56,075 bases of DNA, filler included, from Platydemus manokwari (GCA_037951405.1; 5 parts of 5 records of this genome joined end to end with filler, not necessarily neighbours in it), one strand, 5' to 3'; positions 24,645-38,330 are shown, counted from the whole stretch's first letter. The notes: generated from the sequence alone by a model not told the origin. Numbers and translations are program-made.

Positions 24645-25829
24645 TTTTACTTTTCCATTCAAAATTAGTGTTTCATTTTAACAAAAAAACGCTCATTTCA
24701 TACCGGTACACCTGGTATATACAACGATACCAAAAATGTTACATAAAGCCCTGAACCTTGATATAAGAAACTATGGTTTTTAAAATTCATCAAAACCAAG
24801 TCAGTTGTTAAAAGTCATTAAAAACTGGTTAAGTGTTGATCGACGAAGCAAGAATTTGAGAAAAAGTTTAAAAAGAAAAAGATTTGAGAATATAGTTCAT
24901 GGAGATAAATAAATATATAAATAAATGACAGAATTTCCATTTAAAAATTTCCAACAATAAGAAAGCGAATTATTGATGACTGTCGAGATTTACTTGTTCA
25001 TGGTTTTTGAAGTAGTCTTGCACTCCAGACTTGAATGGGAAACAACAATGAAAAATATCGTTTTTATGAATTCTGCATCGATTCTGAGCTACTAATTTCT
25101 ATTGCTGTGATTATTTTATGAATCAGTTATTTCTCGTGAACGAATGATTAATTTGTGTTCATAATGGTCATTCTTTCAGAGTATGTTACCAACTAGAAGG
25201 TACCCGTCAAAGATAAGTTCTAAAAAAATCCGCATTCACCATGAGAATGAGGGCGCTGAGTGGCTATTGGTTAGATAACAATAAAGATGCTGACGAAATA
25301 CAAAAATAAGAAGAGGAGAGTGAAAGTAAGAGTTTTCAGCAGTATTCATAAGTTTCATAAGTGAAATAGATCCGGTGAAAGTATTCATAATTAAACTTCA
25401 TTCGATCATTGCAATCATCCACAATCAATACAAACAAATATCGTATTCATTAGACTGATCATGTAATTTTACGAATATATTTATGGTTACTAAATTCAGA
25501 TTATTTGATTTATTGCTGGTTAAATTTTTTGCAGTAGCGAAATAAAAGAAAAGTATTTTACTCAAAAATGTCTATAGTTTGAAGGTATTCTGCTCATATT
25601 TTTTAGCCTTTGTGAATATTTTCTGATATTTTTTTTTTAATATTTTTTACTTATTTTTTGTTTAAAAATATGACGTTTTCGAGTGATACTTGACATTACT
25701 GTAAAAATATTTTTATGGTGTATTGTCATGCGTTCCACTTATTAATTTTAATTTTAGGAATAAAGCTTGTGGAAGCCAATAGAACTCACCATTAGTTATA
25801 ATAGGAGAGAAGGTAAAAGAATAACTAAT

Positions 25830-26290
25830 TTAGTCTCGAATGATTGATAGGATATCAAGTATTTTTCTTCCATAGATCTTGAACAGCAATTAAAACTGTG
25901 CGATGATCCAATTTGTCATACGATTTCGTTCTGAGATTGATCAGTTTTGCTTCAACGGATTTTCCTTTTAATTACCTACAACCCCAGGTAGCAAAGTTAG
26001 AATCATAAGTCATTGAGAGTCTTGTTTTTTTAGAATTCTTTGATGAAATCTTAAGGAGCTCAGAAATATGAAGTATTTTTTTAAATGAGGTATTGTAGTC
26101 AGTAAGAATAAGATATCAACAAACTCAGACCAAGTTGTACAAATAATAGAAACTGAAATATCAGAAATTTAGTTATCAAACAGTATCTCACACCAGTAAC
26201 ATGTTATGGGTTCCTCTAGTAAAAGTTAGAATGCAAATTCTATTAGTTAGAAGGATGAGGCACATCACCAACTATAGATTATCTACTGAA
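25830..26290 (-). mobile_element. Highly degenerate non-LTR (LINE) reverse transcriptase fragment
   Basis: Minus-strand pieces GDVPHPSN(fs)RICILTF resemble KGD..DPSNYRPISLL. Pieces IKGKSVEAKLINLRTKSYDKLDHRTVLIAVQDLWKK...INH resemble GFRKGRST..AL..L...I...LD....V.AVFLDLSKAFD.V.H. They are in the expected order, with stops and an insertion. Confidence 0.5.
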
Positions 26291-28536
26291 TGAAAGCCGA
26301 ATATTGATAACTGATGAAGAAGTCACCAAACATACTACAATTACATTTGCATCACAAATACACTCTATTTAATTATTATTTTTAATATAAAATGAATAAA
26401 TAGCCTCTGCATTTATCACCTGCATTTATCAATTCATCAATCAATTAATATAGATTTTAGAATATTATACATTAATGATAATTTTTTAAAAATACGCTTG
26501 GTTTCAACTTATCATTGGTATCTTTTGACACTGATTCCAATTTCAAACGACGACTTTTGGGTACACTTATGAATCAAATTTAGTGATATTGATTATATCT
26601 GGTCTATTAATATCTATCAAATAAGTTATCAAGATTATTATGGAAACATTGAATTGATTTATTTATTAATTCCGGCAATTCAACTACAAACTTGGAACTT
26701 TGGTAACAGGCAAATTACTAACTTCTTCATTGTTTTAGACAAAATTTCTTCCCTGTTAGAAAATTCAAAATTGATATTCGGTGAACTTAATTATAAACTC
26801 TGGTTATGATTCAAATCGAAACACTCCAAATAATTCTAACTTACAAAACGAAAAGAAAAGAGAAAAGAAATCAACTGTTAAACATCATTGTGAATGAAGT
26901 TGGCATTCCGCTGTCTCATTAGTGTCAGGAAAAGAAATTGATTAAATGAACAATAAGTTGGACATTACTTATCGTGATTGGCTTGATAGTGAATGAATTC
27001 AGTTTTTTGTGTCAGCTCAAATAGTCATTGACATCGTTGCCAATCTGTGATAGGAAATAAGAAATGAATTGATATTATTCTGATTGCTATAATTATAAAT
27101 GTGTTTTTCTCAATAACAATTATCAATGGAAAACGTTTTATGCTACGTGAACGATTAATAGAACAAAATAATGTAACGAAATTCGTATATGTTTTGATCT
27201 GTACGTGTATTTAGATAAAATTGATGATATTATATCTTCGAAAGATAAAATTGATAATGTTATATCTTCAAAAGATAAAATATATTTTAATAAAAATTTT
27301 TTATTAATTACAATGAAATCAATAGTAGTGGTACGTCGATTGTTTTGTATTTGATATTACAAATCAAAGAGAATTAAAACGAAAAACCAGACGATTTGGA
27401 CTGGTCCTGGAAGAAATAATTGTGAAATCTTCCAAAATTGATAAAATTTCATAATTAAAAGAACATTAAATCGATTTAGATAACCCATTACAGATAACAT
27501 AAAGCAAAATATTAGCAATCTCAAAGAAAAATTAGAAATTTAAGTTGTTTAATATTTACAAAGATAATGATGAAATACAGGAATGATTCCAATCATGACA
27601 ACAATTGTGTGCACACAGTTTCATTCTTGAACTTTTGAGATTAATAACTTAAAGATAATTTGAAATGTTGGTAAATTCAATGATTTGAATAAATAAGCAA
27701 CACTGTACTAAGAATATATTATATTCTCTTTCGCCACCCACATTTAAAACTAATTTTGAATTATTTCTTTGTTTATGTCGTTGATAAACAACTTAAATGT
27801 GTATAGATTTGTAAATTCGTAATAAACTTAAATTGTACTTACAGTCAGCCGCATACTAGCACTTTTACTTAGTTTATTTTGACGGTTGTGAGCCTATGTT
27901 GATTAATTTAGTTTAGTTAATTTATAATTAATTAATTAATTATTCACCTATTAAATTAAATAATTTTATTTAACGGCACCTGTTTTAAAAATACTATCTT
28001 GCCGAGCTGCAAAACGCTAATTTAAATTCTTATTCAACAATCTGAATTACTCATACCCATGTGAGGGCATTTCATTTTAGTTCATTAAATTTAAAGTAAA
28101 TTTTCTCGACAAGTATCTTTAAATATATTTGTAAAAATTTTAATATAAAATTTAATATGAAAAGAATGAAAAGATTTAACAGTCGAGAGGACCACAAATC
28201 AAGTATGATTAAAAATGAAGCAGAACGAATATAAATTAAAGGTTATCCTGTTGGGCCAGAAATTGATCACTGTTAATAAGCATTAAAAAGGACTTGAAAA
28301 GAAATCAGACCAAATAATGATAATAACGTTCTGTCATATATTACCAATGAATCGGTCTTATCGATAATTTTGAATATATTTGATGTCAATTTTTTGATGT
28401 CAATAACAGGGATGCAGTACTTATTTAAATACACGAAACTGTTATACTATATATATAGACCGTGATATCCAATTAAATAAGTACAAAAACACATGTATAT
28501 ACATTGAATCGAGGTAAAATTGTTTTCATAAAATTT

Positions 28537-28550
28537 GTTACCTAGGTAAC
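28537..28550. promoter_or_regulatory. RFX X-box (GTTACCTAGGTAAC)
   Basis: Perfect 14-bp palindrome matching the RFX consensus GTNRCC-N(0-3)-RGYAAC, about 1.26 kb upstream of the CABIT gene ATG. Confidence 0.55.
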
Positions 28551-29582
28551 TGCCTAGAATTGATAAAACTGAAACAAATACATAATTTAATAAGACACAT
28601 CAAAATTAATATACTTCTCATTAAAACAACTCAATTTTTAATTTGTTATTCTATTTTAAGAATTGCTGAGGAATCAGATGAATGAGAATAGGCAAGCGAA
28701 GAAAAAACCTCAGGAATAATTATAAAGAAAATTTTATATAAAATCATAATTTTTAAGCAGAACGAAAAATCTGAAAATCTCTATCTACATGTTCAGTGTG
28801 GTTTCCTATCGTACTTTACAGACTCAAAACGACTGCAATATTTCAAAATGCCTGAAATATGCCCAGTCATATTAAATAATAAAGGATATTGACATCTAAG
28901 ATAAACAAATATTTAAAAATCATTGAAAATTTCCAGCCAATATTTATCCTTGTTAAACAAATATTTTTCATCCTTTCGAGTATCAAAGGTCAGAGCCTCG
29001 TCAACATGGTTAATAAACTCTGATTCTGCAAAATATAAATAAAAATATGATTATCGATCTATACCGTGATTTTGAACATCACTGTCCAAATGCAGAATAA
29101 ATTATTTGGCCGATAATTTGAAAATCAATTGGTTCATCTATTAATTTAGTTAGAACACCAAGGCTCCAGTGAAGATAATAATATCCATTCGTTGAATGCA
29201 AGTGTCGCCCAATTGTAATTATTTGCTGTAATTAATAGATGGACATACTACTAATGTAATATAAAAACGCGATGGAAAATCGAATTAGATCCCGAATTGA
29301 ATTAAAGACTATCAAATTATCATTACATGGAAGAAATTGGAAATAATAATTTCTGATAAATTGTTGAAATTACTTTCCAAAAATTCATATCAACGAATAG
29401 CAGTTAATTTATTTTTAATTACAATTTGATAGTAATTGTTTAATAAATTATTAATCAAAATATACGCTTTTTAATTTCGTTTTAATTTATTGTGGCAACT
29501 CAACAAATAAATAATTATATATTCAAATATATCGATAGATTCTCAATATACCTTAAATTTTACCCATTGACATACAGAAAAA

Positions 29583-29592
29583 NNNNNNNNNN
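29583..29592. other. Assembly gap (10 N)
   Basis: Run of 10 N. Confidence 0.99.
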
Positions 29593-29808
29593 TTATATTA
29601 CTCATACACCTTTTCCTGCATAATCAATGCATACATACACTATAGAAGTTGTGATTGGTTAGAAAAATTTGGATAGAAAAATTCATAATTACGGTATCGA
29701 TTTATTTCGTTGCACATTGTTATCCCATATGATTTACTCGACAAATCTTCTATTATATAAGTTATGAGTCATTTACTGTGTCTATTGGCGAACAAAGAAT
29801 TTTAATAC

Positions 29809-31803
29809 ATGTCTGGAGTTTCATCTAACCGAACTAACGATGTTTCCGTGATATGGTCTAAGGATCGGTGTACAATCCAGGAGTTGATCAGTAACGAGTA
29901 CGGAACATTTTCCGAATCGAAATCACTTCTTGTGAGAGTCCATTGCATGAAGAAAGGATGTCGTTGCGTGTTGAAAAATGAACAAGCTCTCACTCTGAAA
30001 TGTGTATCACAAGTTACTTTAGTTCACGGGATATGGACCAAAGGTACTTCCAAACTATCCTATCAGGGAACAAACAAAGCAATTAATGTAATATTGACTT
30101 CTTCAAATATCACATGGTTTGAAATTCTCAACGAATCCGGTCAGACTGCTCCCAGTTGGACATCAACTAAATTCCTAATAAAAAATAAACCTTCATCCTT
30201 TCTTGTTAGAAAAGATCTTAAGTGTCTTTTACCTAGAAGAACTAGTTCGGAGACATTTTTATTGAATATGTCTCACACGATCACTGTTATTGCGGGGACA
30301 GTCCTGAATTACATTCAAAGTAAAGAATTTTTCGTACAAAAGGGAAAGAAATCCAAAGAAATGGTTTTAATCCAATGCTGTGACAATAACTTAAGCAATG
30401 TTTTTATTTGTCCTGATGAAAAATGCTCTATAAGTCCTTTAGCTGGTATCAGTAGTATTACTGGTGTTCATAATCTTTATTCTATAATCCAACAATTCCA
30501 GTTACCATTAAGTATCCGCCCAGCTTTAGGAAATCTTGCTGATTGGTTGCCATCGGCAACAGATAAAAGTTGTTTGCGTTTATCAGAAAGTTATCGGGGT
30601 GAGCTTGTATTCCTTGAACCTTTATCAAATCCAAGTGGAGGAAGGTTTGTGAATATATTCCATATCATTAATGGAACTTAATAATGAAATTTAAATTTTT
30701 ATTTAAAATCGATTTCAATATAAATGATAATAATTACTATCGATTTATATAAATTTAGTCATTCATGTTAACATTGTCTGAACATTAATGGAACTCAATA
30801 TATTTTAACCCATTAGCAAGCACTTGTAAATAATTGTCTGCATTGTTATTTGTTATGCCAGATGGAATTGATAAGTTTGAAAATCTCTTATAATCAATGG
30901 AGTGAATATCCAAGTGTGGGCACATGTCATTATTATGATATGAGATTTTATTATAAATAAATTTATTTTACTAATAAATTGAGAATTGTTTAAAGTAATT
31001 TTATGTAGTAATACGAGAAGATAAGATAAAAATTAAATACAACGAATCATGATAGATCTATTTTTAGATTCTTTGTCATTACGCCAGAAATGATGGAGTC
31101 TCACCAAATAAATATTGGCACCAGCCTCAACAGTCATTACCAAAGATTACTGGATCAACATTCATCGCGAGTTGAACAATTTCTTTTATCTTGTCATCCG
31201 TACGAGGGTCTGAGATATCTTTTGCGTCATCTTATTGAAACAACAAATAGTCGTGGATCAAGTAAAATCGATACAACTGGAAGCAACCAACAACAGGACC
31301 CAATTCAACGCTCAAAGCTTGATAAATTGTTTGATGAGATCGAAGATATTTATTACTATGTGAGAACCGGTCGATTCCCCTCACATTTTCGATCTCTAAA
31401 TTCTTTACCTTCCACTGACAGAAATCCTTTTCCCGATCGCCAACTAATTCTTCACAAAGCATGTGTCTTAACACCAATAAACTCTCCAAATGTTACGAAT
31501 GCCCATTGCGATAAATGCAGTGAAAAGAATACCGATTTGTATGTGGACGGATCTGCATTTACTTCAAGTACTCAAAATCGCAGTGCCAGTTGGAACGATC
31601 TTCACAATAGCGAAAATAAGCCACCAGTACCTCCATTACCAATGCGAGTTTATTTGAATGTCCATCACGAATGTGATAGATCACCCGTTATTCACAGAAC
31701 TGATCGAAATCGCACTTCTCTACCAGTAGTAAATAATCCGTCTTATGATCAATCTATTCACTCAGCTATTCACTCTCGGAAATTATCCGAAAATCTGAAA
31801 TAA
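29809..31803 (+). CDS. CABIT-domain adaptor protein (Themis/GAREM/Serrano-like), 2 exons, about 523 aa
   Basis: Exons 29809-30644 and 31068-31803 are joined by a phase-2 GT-AG intron (SGGR|FFVITPEM). CABIT-like motifs: WSKDRCTIQELI...LLVRV, ITWFEILNESGQTA, SPLAGISSITGVHNLYSIIQQFQLPLSIR. The disordered C-terminal tail has Tyr motifs (EDIYYYVR) and KPPVPPLP. Family assignment is from motif recall. Confidence 0.7.
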
Positions 31804-33732
31804 CCATATTGATTATTCTCAGTGATTCTATCGACATTCTCGTAGTAAAATGACAGTTTGTAATGAAATAATGCCAGGGTTTTCAATTGCAATGTAAAAT
31901 CGTTTTTGTTTGGGAATTTATATACATTATTTTCTTAATTTTTATTTAGGATATTTAAATATTTTGGAATATTTTTCTGGTTTTAATTGAAAATCAATTA
32001 AATTGAATTCTGTGCAATTCATATTAATCTATAAAAAACCATGTTAAAATTAATAAGTAAATAAATAGAATAATTAGATCGATAATTGGTTTGTGATTCA
32101 ATTTCCGTTCAGATAATAATAACTATTAGAATTATCAGCCTGAAATATGATATTTGAAAATGATTTATCTTTTATTTAACAACGTCTGGGAATAAAGAAT
32201 AAATTATGATTGTGATTTTGAAATTTAATTTTTCATTTTGAAAAATTTAAGGATAAATTTTCAAACAAAATCCATTTGAAAGCAGTGAAATCGATTTTAT
32301 GAAACAACAACAGAGCTTCTATTATACTCATTTTAATTATAAATTGCAGATTATTTCCAGACATTTTCTGAAGCCAATTTCTTAAAAATTTTATATGCAA
32401 AATAAAAGAATGGTATTTTTTGAAATTCATCATCAAGGCATTTGTCGAAATAAATCTAAAGCCGCCATGATTCTTGATTGACGTGAAATAAATTATAAAA
32501 GTTTGAATAAGTATACTCAAAAATAAACTTATTATTATTAAAAAGAGAAATAATCGGTAAGTTTGTAGTAATATCATTTAATATCAAATAGAAAATTCTA
32601 AAAATTAATAGCGTTTCATTTGGTAGAATGACAATTTTCGAATAACAAATATCAATGTTTCCGACATTGAAATTTAATACTGAAGTTTTGTTTCATACTT
32701 CAATTTGAGAATAAATAAATTTCAATGACGGTTAACAGGAAATTGTTGCAGATTTTGACATCTGATAATTCTTAATATCTCATTAATTCTTCTATTTATT
32801 TTTTTCCCTACAAAATCGATGGTAAGATTTTGAGAAATTATAATTATTTCTGATACTCTCAATGATCCAATTTTAAGCAAAAAAAATTATGACAAATTGT
32901 GATGAGAGTCAAAGCAAATTAATCCATGTTTAAAATATTTTTAGTGAATAAAATCACAAAACAAGAGTCTGAGTCGAGTTTTGTGGAAAAATGAAACCCG
33001 AGGAGAGAATTAATCTGATATTTCTACATAAATTCAACATAATAAAGAACTCATCAATTTACCAGAGAAATTAAATGGATTATAGAAATGATGGTTGAAT
33101 TATTGTGTTACAGATACATAATAAAATCCGAGATATAAATGATTCAACCGAGAAACTTAGTATTTCATATTTAAAGTAAATATTCTAAAAATAACCATAC
33201 TAGTGATTGTTCCATTCCATAACAGAGCTCACGAATTCAAGTGAAAATTATTCTGTAACTAGAAAACTTACAATTGAATTATCCATGATATTGAAAATAG
33301 GTAAACAGATGACAATGTATCAATAAATTATCAGAATTATCAACAAAACAGCTAATGGAATTGGCTTCCAAATGATCTTTTTAATGGATAATATTTTACA
33401 ATAAAAGAATAAAAATACCACCGTTTCAATATGAAATTATAAGTGGATAAACATCAATGGCTATTTTAGCAATTATAATTGCCAGATATTGTCTAGATTT
33501 ACTACATAAATCAATAAAATTCAACATATGTGTTTAAAACAAATGAAGAAATAAACAAAATATTTTGAATAATAATATAGGATCTACATTTACGATAACA
33601 GTTTTAAAATATCTTATTTATTTATCTTAAAATATTAAATTTATACACAAAATTTAGTAATATACTCCACTAAATCATCGATATTATACAATAGATCATA
33701 ATTTATGATAAAATTTGAACAATAATCACTGC

Positions 33733-33733
<1 letters not shown>

Positions 33734-33790
<57 letters not shown>

Positions 33791-33911
33791 GTCATTATAA
33801 TTACTATTATTNNNNNNNNNNNNNNNNNNNNNNNNNNNNNNNNNNNNNNNNNNNNTTAATTAATTAANNNNNNNNNNNNNNNNNNNNNNNNNNNNNNNNN
33901 NNNNNNNNNNN

Positions 33912-33962
<51 letters not shown>
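33734..33962. repeat. (ATT)n / (AAT)n microsatellites on both sides of a linker
   Basis: ATT run 33734-33811 and AAT run 33912-33962. Confidence 0.9.
33812..33911. other. Artificial scaffold linker (44N-TTAATTAATTAA-44N)
   Basis: Same 100-nt linker. Confidence 0.97.
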
Positions 33963-33963
<1 letters not shown>

Positions 33964-34037
33964 AGTGGTACCTCTACTTACTAAATTAATTCATTTTGGA
34001 AATTGTTTCGTAACGTGAAAAATTTTTAATTAGAGCA
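33963..34037 (+). mobile_element. Left end of a pogo/Tigger-type Tc1-mariner element or MITE
   Basis: TA followed by CAGTGGTACCTCTACTTACTAAATTAATTCATT, resembling Tigger-like termini (TA|CAGTGGTACCTC..CTTACGAA.TTAATTCGTT). No matching right TIR (GAGGTACCACTG) was seen. Confidence 0.55.
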
Positions 34038-36828
34038 TCTTTTTCCTTGTAAATACCCTAATCGGGTCAAGCCCTCAAAATTGAAACATCATTCTTTTAT
34101 AAATTATAAAATTCAACAAAACCAGTAATAAATACATGTTAGAATTAGATTACTGCACATTAAGCATAAACACGAGAGTTAAACATAAAGTAAATAAAGG
34201 GCAAAGAATTATGAATTAAAATTCTATTCTATCACAACAATCAATATTTATTGACTGACTTGTCCTATCATCAAAAATATTAAATGTCTTCAAAAACATT
34301 GCAGTCAATACAGCATTTCCATTCAATATTTAGTCTGGCCCATCAAGCTATTTATCAAATGAAAGTTTTTTCTTTTAGTAACTGAGGATAACCTGACAAA
34401 TACTATATTGATTATCAAAGGAACACTAATCGTTGTCTCATTTCTCGAATTATACAGAAGTTTTCATTGAAAAATATTGATGAATATTTTCTGTAATTGT
34501 TACTACATTCTATTAACGATTATAAGGTATCGTACATAATTCCTCCCAACTTACGATGGATGGTTCAATCCGTTTGAAGAGAATCGTAGCTATATATATT
34601 GAAGTTAGTCTAATCTCTCTCCTCTGCGATGAGATTTACAAATAGTGAATTGGAATGTAAAACTGTTAGAGGGTACACACGAAAATGAATAAACAGCAGA
34701 TAAACCTGATATTTGTTGAGTCACCACATCACTTTATAACGAATTAGATTAGTAGATATATAAGAGTGGATTTCATTTTTTACAGTTCAGTTCAAGAGTT
34801 ATCTTTTGATGAAATTATCTATATTTTCTTACCAAATACTAAAAGTTACTATTTTGATAAGTACAGATATCAAGAGCAGTTGTTCTGAATTCATTGCGGC
34901 TATATTTTTATCTGGTGCCCTACTATTGGGAACCAAAATATAAATATAATAAAATAATAATAATAATAAATGTAATATAATATAATAAGTGTAATAGCCC
35001 ACGTACTCCCACATCACCGAGAAAATATAATAATAATAAAAATAATAATAAAATTCATTATACATCACCATGGTGAATTAATACTTTATCATGGTAACAA
35101 TTATAATAATAATATTTAATAAACATATCACCATGGAAATAGCAAATAAAATTAAAAAATTCCGAATTCTGCAGAAAAAATTAATAATCAACTCCCACGT
35201 ACACCCACAGGAAAATTCTCTATGTAATAGTGGGCGATGTAGGTCATTCGCCAGAAAAAATTTCTTATCAATTTCAATTATAGTTCTTGTGGAAATTTGC
35301 AGAAGCGTCTATTTTGACTTCAATAATTCTAACTACAGCTAAAATTGCAGAAGCGTTCAATTCTATTTCAAATCCTTCTAAATTACAGTTAGTCAGAAAT
35401 TTCAAGACGTTCAATTATAATCGCTCGGAATGCAATCGGTAAATTTTTCGATTAATTACATGAGTCGTAAGAGTTTGTACTGATACTCATTCCTAAAATC
35501 ACATAGAGGTACAAAGGCGAAAGCATTTGCACCGAGTCATCAGCACGCTGTAAAGCCGCAAGGGTTTGCAGAAGTAATCTTTAAACTAATAAGCTAAAAT
35601 CACATCTCCTTTAGTTTATCGTCCGAAGTAAGGCGGCACTTAGTTCCTTAAGTCGGCTTGTTTTAAAACTCTTCATGACACAACACTGCTCACTGTCATG
35701 ACACATTCGTTAATTTTTATTATAATAAACGTATCGTATTGACATTTTGTAATTGCTCATATCATTAATATATTTATCAGTACCTGAATAATTACAAGCA
35801 AACCTAATTACTTATTAAAGTCGGATTATTGTTGGAATCATCATTACTCCGGTTCTAATCATCATTTATTAGTGCATAGATAATTGACCGAGTTCTGCTA
35901 GTTGAATCATCTCTTATAATTACTTAACAGATACTACTTAGCGCAGGCTAGTAGGATTCCATCACTACTTATAATCAGTTAATTCAGAAAACACCATTGA
36001 AACGTTTTGTTTCTTTTATATTTCATATTTCAGAAAATTGGACATGAAATTAAAACCAGCCAACTTCCAACATTTTTGTTTCAAACTGACTCCTAAACTT
36101 TGTGAACGATTCTTTATACCTTTTGGCCTTGTTAGAATGTCTATTATTTTTAATATTCTTGTTCTAAATAATTCCGCTTTAATCTATCTGATTCCTTCCT
36201 TAATATGTTGTATGCGAATTCAAAACACTCAAACCTTCTGATCACAAATATACTTATTAATACAGATTTTTATTAGAGCTTTGAATCCTCGGATTAACAT
36301 TTTGAAAAGAAATTTACCCACGATTACCAAATTGAATTATCAACGTAGAAATTCTTCTGGCTGCTACTACTTAAAGTCGTACAAGCACGTTTAATGGTAA
36401 CTTACTGTCTTACTTTATAACTTCCCGGCTACACAATAACACAAATTATCTTTACTAAAAATAATTCATGTTTTCCATTTTTGCTAACCTACTCTGTGCG
36501 GACATTTTTATACGTCTTCAAGCAAAATTACCATTTTTAATAAACATCTGATAATTTAAATATTAGTAATTCATTTTCGTGCTTAAATATTTTTAGTAAT
36601 TCAATTTTATTTCAGGAATAATCAATTTATATGTCAAGCAATCGATATGAATTTTAATAATTAATTAAAAGTCCCGGATTATTTTGTAACTAATTTAAAT
36701 TTTGCTAAAGCATATCCCATTATTAATGCTCACCGTCGTTATCTTCATAATTATTGATTACAAATTCACCTGGACATATGCCACTTGATGATTATTTCTG
36801 GTATTCCTAGTTTATTTTACATCGCTGT

Positions 36829-37131
36829 AACCATATTAATCATCACTATAACCATATTAACCATCACTATAACCATATTAACTATCACTGTAACCATATT
36901 AACCATCACTATAACCATATTAACCATCACTATAACCATATTAACCATCACTATAACCATATTAACCATCACTATAACCAGATTAACCATCACTGTAACC
37001 ATATTAACCATCACTGTAACCATATTAACCATCACTGTAACCATATTAACCATCACTATAACCATATTAACCATCACTGTAACCATATTAACCATCACTA
37101 TAACCATATTAGCCATCACTATAACCATATT
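36829..37131. repeat. 21-bp minisatellite, 14 full units plus a partial unit (AACCATATTAACCATCACTRT)
   Basis: Units start every 21 nt from 36829 to 37123. This explains the TILTITI and MVIVMVN ORFs. Confidence 0.95.
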
Positions 37132-38330
37132 CATTGTTAAAAAGGCACAAAAGAAAGATGTTAAATAGGTCAATGGGTGAAGATGTAGACAATTTATTTG
37201 AAATATATGTAATGGTCCAATAAGAAGAGTAGAATTTGTTTTTTGAGTAGAATTCATGGAACGAAATTGTTTTAACGAAGATAACAATTCGATCTGTTAC
37301 TCTGGAATATTTTGTGTTTCATATAAATGTTTTCCCAATACTATTGGATTATCTTGAGATACCCAGTTTGATATCCAGAGACTCGAAAGTTAAAATTGGA
37401 GCAAACCGGAAAAGAAACGAACAATCATTCAATGACATATGGTCACCAACAATAAATTTGGAATTCTTGTAGATGAAATGAGAATGGTTGAATGGAAAAG
37501 AGAGAATAATAACAACCGCTTATTGTATTTAATTGTACGAGTTTTGACATCTTTATTTTAATTAATTTTTTATTTCTTCAATTCTTCAATTTACTGCTAA
37601 TTCATTCCATTTTTCAGATTTATTTTATGATTCAATTTTATTGAGCTTCATAAAGTTCTGACTTCCTAATGGGGAAGTCAAAGTGATCTTTTAAATATTA
37701 ATTCTTGTTGAGATTCAGCTTATTTCACTGAAAGAATTCTTCTCGAGTGAGAAAACAGTTATTGTCAGATCAATTAGATATATATCGGTTGTCTCAAGTT
37801 TGAGATTCCTTGAGACCATCGACAATAAAATGAAAATATCATCTGAACTACCTTTTTCCTCCACCTTTCAATTTCTTTAGGATTTCCCGCGGTATCTATG
37901 ACAACATGTTTCTCAAGCTTTAGTCCAAACTGTTTTTAGAGTTTCCTTAAATATACTGGGACGTAATATAGATAAGGGCATTTAAAATTTCCAACCATTG
38001 TTATTTCTAAAAATCAATTTAAAAAAAGCGTGATTAAAAATTATAAAAAAAGTCATCAATAATACTTAATTAAGCCCTGTGTCACACTTAGAAAATTCTG
38101 GTACAAAGACCCAGGTTTACTTAACCAAACAAAAGTAATTCTGTTAGGCTTTGTTACCAAAGTTTGAGCTCAACAAGTAATAGATGCATAATTAGTCGGA
38201 AAAAAGTTACTGAAAAAGAAAGAAACAACAAAAAATAACAACACACATTGGTAAACAAAACAAACCAAAGCAGAGACAGGCTAGTATGTTTGTACAGCAC
38301 TTTTATTGTCTCACTTAATTAAAAAAATTT

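Noticed and set aside
34915-35240. Short inverted and direct motifs (GCCCTACTATT/AATAGTGGGC, CCCACGTAC.CCCACA twice) suggesting a MITE
   Set aside because: The repeats are too short and imperfect, and no TSD was identified.
35500-35548. Possible hammerhead ribozyme (CTGATGA on the minus strand followed by a hairpin)
   Set aside because: No GAAA core after the putative stem II, and no stem I/III pairing found.
36785-37287. ORFs of 127 aa (TILTITI repeats) and 156 aa (MVIVMVN repeats)
   Set aside because: By-products of the 21-bp minisatellite; no domain or gene context. Not a CRISPR array either, since there are no unique spacers.
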